Source of the DNA: an uncultured Candidatus Nemicrothrix sp.
GTDB lineage: Bacteria > Actinomycetota > Acidimicrobiia > Acidimicrobiales > Aldehydirespiratoraceae
Length of the DNA: 64,000 bases
Assembly: GCA_964504305.1 (NCBI GenBank)
Contig: CAZDEB010000004.1
Location: forward strand, 75,441 to 139,440
Reading direction: 5' to 3'
A program made the position numbers and the translations under genes. This document shows, in pieces, positions 57,841-64,000 of the stretch. Numbering within the stretch: the first letter of the stretch is position 1; every line of letters starts with the position of its first letter. The notes beneath the pieces were generated by a model. The model made no database searches. It worked only from the letters and a program-made list of their open reading frames with translations, and had not been told where the DNA came from.

Positions 57841-58560
57841 TCAGTCGGCTAGTCGAATTCGCAGACGTTTGTTGCCTTTGCCTTTGGATTCGGTCTTGAT
57901 GACCTCGAACCGACCCACTTCGCCGGTGCGGGCCACGTGAGTGCCGCCGTCGGCTTGTTTGTCGAGCCCGACAATGTCGACTACCCGGATCTCGGTGACG
58001 CTGTCGGGGATCAGGTTGACTTTGGTGCGGATCAGGTCGGCATCGCCAAGCGCGGTGTCGCGTGGCAAGAAGCTCACTTCGATTGGCCGGTCGGCGGCGA
58101 TTTCGGTGTTGACAAGTTGAGTGACTCGTTGCGCGAAACCTTCTGGTAGCGGGTTGAACTCGAAGTCCATGCGGGCTGACAACGGTTCCATGTTTCCGCC
58201 GGTAACCGGCTTGCCCCACTCGTTCCAGATCACTCCGCACAAGATGTGCAGCACGGTGTGGGTGCGCATCAGTTGATGTCGGCGTTCCCAGTCGAGGGCC
58301 GCGGAGATTTCGGTGCCTACCGGTGGCGGGGAGCCGTCGACGGTATGAAACACCGTGGGTCCCTGGCTGCGCACATCGGTGACGGTGGCCGTTTCCGAGT
58401 CCCAGGTGAGCAGGCCGGTGTCGTGGGGCTGTCCGCCACCGGTCGGGTAGAACGCGGTGCGGTCGAGTTCGATGCGGCCCTCGTCGTCGATGTTCACCAC
58501 GGTGGCAGTGAACTCGCGAAGTTGAGCGTCGCGAAGGTAGAGGCGATCGGTAAGCGACAT
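57841..58560 (-). CDS. Alanyl-tRNA editing protein (AlaX-like, AlaRS second-additional-domain family)
   Basis: Start set at ATG 58560 (MSLTDRLYLRD...). FYPTGGGQPHDTG, the HxxxH zinc motif (HTVLHILCG) and GGTHV. Confidence 0.8.
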   Translation of the reverse strand: MSLTDRLYLRDAQLREFTATVVNIDDEGRIELDRTAFYPTGGGQPHDTGLLTWDSETATVTDVRSQGPTVFHTVDGSPPPVGTEISAALDWERRHQLMRTHTVLHILCGVIWNEWGKPVTGGNMEPLSARMDFEFNPLPEGFAQRVTQLVNTEIAADRPIEVSFLPRDTALGDADLIRTKVNLIPDSVTEIRVVDIVGLDKQADGGTHVARTGEVGRFEVIKTESKGKGNKRLRIRLAD

Positions 58561-58565
58561 CGGTG

Positions 58566-59081
58566 TCAGCTCCCCGCGTCGGAGTCGAAGTTGATATCGA
58601 CGTGGACGCGGTCGGATTCGTCGATCGTGACCGGATAGGTGGTGATCAACTCGCCGGTCGATAGTCGGCCGGTTTCTGTCATGGTCACCGATGCACAAAC
58701 CTCGTCAGTACTCGTCCCCAGCTCGAAGCGCCCGGCGCCGGGGTTCCATGTGAAGAAGCAGTCGCGAGGTTCGCCGACCGGTCGGGCGTTGAAGGCGTAC
58801 CAGCCCGCTTCGGGGTCGTCGCCGATGTGCTGCAAGATGATGTCGCGACTACGGCCGGCGACGTCGGAATACAAGATGGGGCCACGGTCGGCGATCTCGG
58901 TCGAGATACGACCAATCTGGCCGGCGTCGAAGTCGGTGTCGCCCAGCTGTACCTCGACTTCGCCGCCGCTGCTGGCCAACCAAACAACGCCAGCGCCGAG
59001 TAGTAGGGCGATCATTACCGCGGTGAGGCCAACCAGAACGGCGCTCCTGGCGTTCATTTGAGGGCCGCGGGCGACAGGCAT
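58566..59081 (-). CDS. Hypothetical membrane-anchored/secreted protein
   Basis: 171 aa. N-terminal TM or signal segment (AVLVGLTAVMIALLLGAGVVWLA). No family recognised. 5 nt upstream of the AlaX-like gene. Confidence 0.55.
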   Translation of the reverse strand: MPVARGPQMNARSAVLVGLTAVMIALLLGAGVVWLASSGGEVEVQLGDTDFDAGQIGRISTEIADRGPILYSDVAGRSRDIILQHIGDDPEAGWYAFNARPVGEPRDCFFTWNPGAGRFELGTSTDEVCASVTMTETGRLSTGELITTYPVTIDESDRVHVDINFDSDAGS

Positions 59082-59154
59082 GTGTTCTCCACGTGGGGGT
59101 AGACGATTCTTGGTGCCTAGTATTCCAAGGTCCGCTATCCGGGAGGCAAAACCG

Positions 59155-60294
59155 GTGGATCTCTTCGAACATCAAGGCAAAGAATTCTTTGCACGCTATG
59201 GCATGCCGGTTAGTCCCGGCGAAGCAGTCTTCGACGTCGATGGCGCCGTTGCTGCTGCGGAAAGACTCGGTACGCCGGTCATGGTCAAGGCTCAAGTGCA
59301 CGCCGGTGGCCGCGGCAAAGCGGGCGGGGTCAAGTTTGCACCCGACATCGACGCGGTTCGTGAACATGCCGGCAATATCTTCGGTCTCGACATCAAAGGC
59401 CACATCGTCGAACGAATCTGGATCGAAAAGGCGTCCGATATCGCCGAGGAATACTACGCGAGCTTCACCCTCGACCGTTCGGCCAAGAAACATCTGGGGA
59501 TGCTGTCCAAAGAGGGTGGCATCGAGATCGAGACGGTCGCCGAAGAGAACCCTGACGCCATCGCCAAAATATGGATCGACCCCGTCGACGGCCTCAGCGA
59601 TGCCGACTGCCGCGAGTGGGTAGCGGCGGCCAACCTCCCCGACGCAGCATTTGAGGGGTGCGTCGATATCTTGTCGAAGCTCTACACGGCCTACACCGAC
59701 GGAGACGCCGACCTAGTCGAGATCAATCCGCTGATCCTTACGCCCGAGGGTCAGGTGCACGTTCTTGATGCCAAAGTCACCCTCGACGGCAACAGCGAGT
59801 TTCGCCACGAGGACTACGCCCAGTACGACGAGACACAACCACGTGACGAACGCGAACAAGCCGCTCATGCCAAGGGGCTGCAGTACGTCGGCCTCGAAGG
59901 CTCGGTTGGCGTGATCGCCAATGGGGCCGGGCTGGCCATGAGTACGGTCGATGTTGTCAACCAGGTCGGCGGCAGTCCAGCCAACTTCCTCGATATTGGT
60001 GGCGGCGCCAACGCCGACGTAATGGCTGGCGCCCTGCAAGTGATCAACAACGACCCGGCAGTCAAGTCGATCTTCATCAACATCTTTGGTGGGATCACCC
60101 GAGGCGACGAAGTCGCCAACGGGATCGTCGAGGCCATGAAACGGGTTGCGATTGATTCTCCGATTGTTATTCGTCTCGACGGTACCAACGCTGACGAGGG
60201 CCGGGCCATTCTCGCTCCGAGCCTCAACGACAAACTGATGATGGAAGACACCATGCTGGATGCGGCCCGCAAAGCCGTCGAACTGGCGAGCTGA
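59155..60294 (+). CDS. sucC: Succinate--CoA ligase subunit beta
   Basis: Start set at GTG 59155 (VDLFEHQGKEFFARYGMPV), preceded by GGGAGG at 59141-59146. The track start at 59080 adds non-homologous residues. Confidence 0.95.
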   Translation: MDLFEHQGKEFFARYGMPVSPGEAVFDVDGAVAAAERLGTPVMVKAQVHAGGRGKAGGVKFAPDIDAVREHAGNIFGLDIKGHIVERIWIEKASDIAEEYYASFTLDRSAKKHLGMLSKEGGIEIETVAEENPDAIAKIWIDPVDGLSDADCREWVAAANLPDAAFEGCVDILSKLYTAYTDGDADLVEINPLILTPEGQVHVLDAKVTLDGNSEFRHEDYAQYDETQPRDEREQAAHAKGLQYVGLEGSVGVIANGAGLAMSTVDVVNQVGGSPANFLDIGGGANADVMAGALQVINNDPAVKSIFINIFGGITRGDEVANGIVEAMKRVAIDSPIVIRLDGTNADEGRAILAPSLNDKLMMEDTMLDAARKAVELAS

Positions 60295-60304
60295 GGAATC
60301 AACA

Positions 60305-61189
60305 ATGAGCATTTTCGTAGACGAAAACACCAAGGTGATCTATCAGGGTCTTACCGGCTCTCAAGGTAGTTACTACGGTCGCCTCAATCGCGAGTACGGC
60401 ACCCAGGTCGTAGCCGGAACCCACCCCAAAAAAGCCGGAACCGAAGTCGATGGCGTTCCCGTGTACGCCAACGTCGCGGAGGCGGTGGCGGCAACCGGAG
60501 CGACGGCCAGCTGCATCTTCATCCCGGCACCGGGAGTTCGAGGCGCAGTGATGGAAGCGGCCGAAGGCGGCGTCGAGTTCATCGTTGCCATCACCGAGGG
60601 TGTCCCGGCCCACGACGAGGCGTACTTTTACAACGACCTCAAACGCAACTTCCCCAACGTGCAACTGTTGGGTCCGAACTGTCCTGGCATCATCAGCCCC
60701 GGCAAGTGCAATATCGGGATCACCGCGGGCCACATTGCCAAAGAGGGCGGACCGGTCGGCATCGTGAGTCGGTCTGGCACCCTCACCTATCAGGCCCTGT
60801 ACGAACTGAAACAAAAGGACATCGGCGTCACCACGTGTGTTGGTATCGGCGGCGACCCGGTTCCGGGCACGTCGTTTATCGATTGTCTCAAAGCGTTCGA
60901 AGCCGATCCCGCCACCAAGGCCGTCATGATGATCGGCGAGATCGGCGGATCGGCCGAAGAAGAAGCGGCCGAGTTCATCAAGAACCACATGACCAAACCG
61001 GTGTCGTCCTACATCGCTGGCGTCACGGCCCCTCCCGGCAAGAAAATGGGCCACGCGGGCGCCATCGTCTCGGGCGGCAAAGGCACTGCCGATGCCAAGA
61101 TGGCGGCCCTTGCCGACGCCGGTGTGCGGGTTGGACACAACCCCACCGAGGCGGGGGAGTTGATGGCCGAGATCGTCGCTGGTTTCTAA
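60305..61189 (+). CDS. sucD: Succinate--CoA ligase subunit alpha
   Basis: Start set at ATG 60305 (MSIFVDENTKVIYQGLTGSQG). Phosphohistidine loop MGHAGAIVSGGKGTA. Confidence 0.96.
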   Translation: MSIFVDENTKVIYQGLTGSQGSYYGRLNREYGTQVVAGTHPKKAGTEVDGVPVYANVAEAVAATGATASCIFIPAPGVRGAVMEAAEGGVEFIVAITEGVPAHDEAYFYNDLKRNFPNVQLLGPNCPGIISPGKCNIGITAGHIAKEGGPVGIVSRSGTLTYQALYELKQKDIGVTTCVGIGGDPVPGTSFIDCLKAFEADPATKAVMMIGEIGGSAEEEAAEFIKNHMTKPVSSYIAGVTAPPGKKMGHAGAIVSGGKGTADAKMAALADAGVRVGHNPTEAGELMAEIVAGF

Positions 61190-61262
61190 CCGCTACGTCC
61201 TTGTCGTTTATAAATCATCGACCTGCCACCACTCGGCGGCAGGGGTTTGGCACCGTTGGGGG

Positions 61263-62354
61263 ATGAAAATCCCCCACGTGGCCGTTTTGGCCACGGTTCT
61301 TCTTGGCGCGTCGTGTGCAACGTCGTCGGTCTCGCTCGACCCCGAGACCGAAACCAGTTCGGTGACCGCACCGTCGTCGAGCACCACCAGTACGACGAGC
61401 ACCAGCCCATCGACTACCAGCCCGTCCACCACCAGCACGACAACGACCAGCACTACCACTACCAGTACGACAACCACCAGCATGCCGGCACCGCCCGATC
61501 TGGTCTTCGACGATGACGGCGTGCCGGTCAACGGTCAAACCGACGGTCTCTTGGTTACCAACACCGGCTGGCTCACTCCGATTCTGGGCCCAACGCCCAC
61601 TGGGCACTCGGTGTGGACCCCGTGCGGGCGTCAAGCCGACATTGGTGGTGGTCGGGTAATCGACTATGCCGACTTTGTGCTCGACCCCGGACATGGCGGG
61701 TCCGAGACAGGAGCGGTCGGGAAGGGAGGTTTGGTCGAGGCCGACCTCAATTTGGCGGTTGGGCTCAAGATCAGAGACGCGCTTGTTGGTGCGGGGTATT
61801 CGGTCGTGATGACTCGCCAAACCGACATCAGAGTCCCGATCGCGACGCGAGCCGAAATCGCCCACGCCCTCGACCCTGTCGCCTTCATCTCGATTCACTT
61901 CAATGCCGGCACCGAGGAGCCGAGCGAGATACCGGGTACCGAGATGTACCATCAGATCGAGTCGGCCGACTCCAAACGTCTAGCGGGTCTGCTTTACGAA
62001 GAGGTGCGATCGGTGCTCGATCAGTACTCGATCGGGTGGGTGGCTATACCCGATGCCGGAGCGCTGTTTCGCCCCAACCGCGAGGGGACGGACTACTACG
62101 GAGTCCTCCGTCGACCGAGCCCGATTACGAGCGTGCTCACCGAGTTCGCCTATCTATCGAATCGAGCCGAAGAAGAGCTGGTGAGCCAACCTGATGTACA
62201 GGACCAGTTGGCCCAGGCGGTTCTGGCCGCGGTTCGTCGGTTTCTCGACACCAACGACCCGGGGTCGGGGTTTATTACCGATCCGATGTTCCGGGGCTAC
62301 GGACCGTCCGGAGCGGGGGGTACCGGCAACTGCACTGACCCGGTTCTCGAATGA
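61263..62354 (+). CDS. N-acetylmuramoyl-L-alanine amidase (Amidase_3) with signal/lipobox-like N-terminus and Ser/Thr-rich linker
   Basis: 363 aa. LLGASC, then a run of about 35 S/T/P residues, then the catalytic domain with LDPGHGGSETGAV, SIHFNAG and TEFAYLSN. Confidence 0.85.
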   Translation: MKIPHVAVLATVLLGASCATSSVSLDPETETSSVTAPSSSTTSTTSTSPSTTSPSTTSTTTTSTTTTSTTTTSMPAPPDLVFDDDGVPVNGQTDGLLVTNTGWLTPILGPTPTGHSVWTPCGRQADIGGGRVIDYADFVLDPGHGGSETGAVGKGGLVEADLNLAVGLKIRDALVGAGYSVVMTRQTDIRVPIATRAEIAHALDPVAFISIHFNAGTEEPSEIPGTEMYHQIESADSKRLAGLLYEEVRSVLDQYSIGWVAIPDAGALFRPNREGTDYYGVLRRPSPITSVLTEFAYLSNRAEEELVSQPDVQDQLAQAVLAAVRRFLDTNDPGSGFITDPMFRGYGPSGAGGTGNCTDPVLE

Positions 62355-63346
62355 CCCCTCGGCGCGCCGTTCTGGCTGCCGTTGCGGCCCCGGTTGTCGC
62401 GATGATGTTGGCCGCTGGTTGCGGGACCACCGACCGGTCCTTCGGCATCGAAGAGTCGACGGTTCCGCTCTTCGACGACGAGGGGCCGGATCAGACAGAT
62501 CTCCCCACGTCGACCCCGTCTTCGGCGGGCGTTCACGAGGCGCCGGCGTTGAGGGTAGAGGACTTGCCAGCCCCGAGAACCGGCGTCAGCGGAGTCGTTG
62601 TTGTTGACGACGTGCTGTTACCCGTCGAGGTCTCCGACGAGGGTCTTGTTGCGGTTGGACCGTGTGGACAATCCGTTGTGGTAGAGCAGCAACCCCAGCG
62701 AGACCTGCTGGTGATCCTCGACCCGGTCGGCGAAACCGAAGCGTTCGCTCTGGTCGAACCGATCATGGCATTAGCGGCTGAGCGCCTTAACGCGGCCCAG
62801 ATAAGAGCCACGGTCACTCGAAGTGATTCGACGGTCGTAGCCGCACCCACCCGAGCCGCGGCTGCGGTGGCGAGCGGGGCGCGGTTGCTGGTGTCTATGG
62901 GCCTACAGGAGGTTGCCGATGAGACTGCCGCGGGCCAACACCTCGCGATCGACGTCTTCCATCAGATCGACAGTTCGCAGAGCCGACGCTTCGGCGGTTT
63001 GCTGCACGAAAACATTCAATCGGTCCTCGAGACCTACGACGTTTCGTGGTTGGCGGCGTCGGGGTCTGGCGTGCGGCCACTGCTGAACCAGCGGGGCACC
63101 GACTTCTACACCATGTTGCGCGACACCGAAGAGATCGACAGCGTTGTCGTGCTCCTGGGCGGGCGGGCCGCCGACACCGAAACGTTGCTTGGTTCAGCCA
63201 GCGGCCGCTCTGAACTCGCCGATGCGTTGGTCGACGCGATTGTTCGCCAGTTCATGACCAACGATGTGGGCGGCGGCTACATCCAACCATCCGAAACGGT
63301 CAGGAACGCTCCCACCGCCGACGGCGCCCCGGAGTGTGGCAGCTAG
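62351..63346 (+). CDS. Amidase_3-like lipoprotein lacking the catalytic/zinc residues (pseudo-amidase paralog)
   Basis: 331 aa. ATGA overlap with the amidase. Lipobox LAAGC. The C-terminal domain aligns by eye with the upstream amidase, but it reads LDPVGETEAF for LDPGHGGSETG, SMGLQEV for SIHFNAG, and VVLLGGRA for TEFAYLSN. Confidence 0.65.
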   Translation: MTPRRAVLAAVAAPVVAMMLAAGCGTTDRSFGIEESTVPLFDDEGPDQTDLPTSTPSSAGVHEAPALRVEDLPAPRTGVSGVVVVDDVLLPVEVSDEGLVAVGPCGQSVVVEQQPQRDLLVILDPVGETEAFALVEPIMALAAERLNAAQIRATVTRSDSTVVAAPTRAAAAVASGARLLVSMGLQEVADETAAGQHLAIDVFHQIDSSQSRRFGGLLHENIQSVLETYDVSWLAASGSGVRPLLNQRGTDFYTMLRDTEEIDSVVVLLGGRAADTETLLGSASGRSELADALVDAIVRQFMTNDVGGGYIQPSETVRNAPTADGAPECGS

Positions 63347-63347
63347 C

Positions 63348-63758
63348 TCAGAACTCGATGGGCGGAGATTGTTGCGATTCTTCGTTGAGGTCGATCCATG
63401 CGCCAGCAATGATGGCGACCGCCGCGAGCCATCCGATCAGGATCCCGGTCCCGGTGTTGTCGATGAACTCGACGGGGAACAACATGAAAAAGGAGATGAG
63501 GCCGAGGACCAAGTTTAGTTGGTCTTGGCTGAAACCAAGGATGCTTTCTGGCGCGGTCAACTCGCCGAAAGTCGTGCTGATCACGCTGATCGTCAGCCCC
63601 AGACTTATGGCCGCCAAGATGATGCCCATCGTGCCGAAATTCTCGGTGCTCCAACCGTTGACCGAGGCGTCGTCGGTCCAGTCGAGAAAGGTTGACACGA
63701 ACAGTGCGATCCCTCCACCGATCAGTAGGAGCGTGCTTGGTTTTATGTCGTTGTCCAT
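63348..63758 (-). CDS. Hypothetical small membrane protein (about 4 TM)
   Basis: 136 aa with four hydrophobic segments. No family recognised. Confidence 0.55.
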   Translation of the reverse strand: MDNDIKPSTLLLIGGGIALFVSTFLDWTDDASVNGWSTENFGTMGIILAAISLGLTISVISTTFGELTAPESILGFSQDQLNLVLGLISFFMLFPVEFIDNTGTGILIGWLAAVAIIAGAWIDLNEESQQSPPIEF

Positions 63759-63832
63759 AATTCCTCCGGGACCGTCACAAGGCGCCAGAATAGTGCGATT
63801 CTTGCTCCGTCCGGTGCGGTAGGTTCGACCTG

Positions 63833-64000
63833 ATGAGCTTTGAGAACGGCCAAACCCGACGAGCGCTGTTGTCGGTTTACGACAAACGCGGGATTGTCGA
63901 ACTGGCCCAGGGCCTCGCCGGCCTCGGATGGGAACTGATTTCCAGTGGCGGCACGGCTCAGGTCATTGCCGATGCTGGGCTAGCGGTCACCGACGTGGCC
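63833..64000 (+). CDS. purH: Bifunctional AICAR transformylase/IMP cyclohydrolase PurH (5' fragment, runs off the window)
   Basis: [42 protein letters not shown] is the MGS-like PurH N-terminus. Confidence 0.9.
   Translation, partial: MSFENGQTRRALLSVYDKRGIVELAQGLAGLGWELISSGGTAQVIADAGLAVTDVA

Noticed and set aside
61378-61480. ACC/AGC/ACG-rich low-complexity stretch, with long antisense ORFs at 61208-61952
   Set aside because: It encodes the Ser/Thr/Pro linker of the amidase lipoprotein. The antisense ORFs are Val/Leu or Arg/Gly-rich repeat shadows.

Overview
GC-rich, actinobacterial-type core chromosome segment with strong G/C third-position bias. No tool or database search was run, so all family calls are by eye. 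Layout: (1) 1.4-16.1 kb holds the S10/spc/alpha ribosomal-protein superoperon (rplC to rplQ, with secY, adk, infA, rpmJ, rpoA), but rpsJ is missing from its head. (2) 16.2-29.2 kb holds truA, rplM-rpsI, glmM, a 1144-aa GlmS-like protein, acpS, alr, a glycosyltransferase, an S58 peptidase, and tsaE-tsaB-rimI-tsaD. (3) 29.3-34.3 kb holds three translationally coupled membrane GGDEF paralogs inserted between tsaD and a CIRCE-controlled groES-groEL. A fourth paralog lies at 41-42.7 kb. All four share a GAF-like module with four invariant cysteines at fixed spacing. (4) 36.4-45.3 kb holds unknown membrane proteins, an MFS transporter, a Nudix hydrolase, guaA and a DinB-like protein. (5) 45.4-53.4 kb is a full Pho locus: two pstS genes, each behind an 11-nt-phased GTTCACC-type PHO box, an RDD::pstC fusion, pstA, pstB, a soluble PhoU::histidine-kinase fusion and an OmpR-type regulator. 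(6) 53.4-64 kb holds pcrA, a minus-strand cluster (unknown protein, AlaX, P450, methyltransferase), sucCD, an Amidase_3 lipoprotein with a catalytically degenerate paralog, a small membrane protein and the 5' end of purH. I saw no tRNA, rRNA, CRISPR array or mobile element. The strongest candidates for new biology are the Cys4-GAF diguanylate cyclase array, the PhoU-kinase fusion and the giant GlmS-like enzyme.
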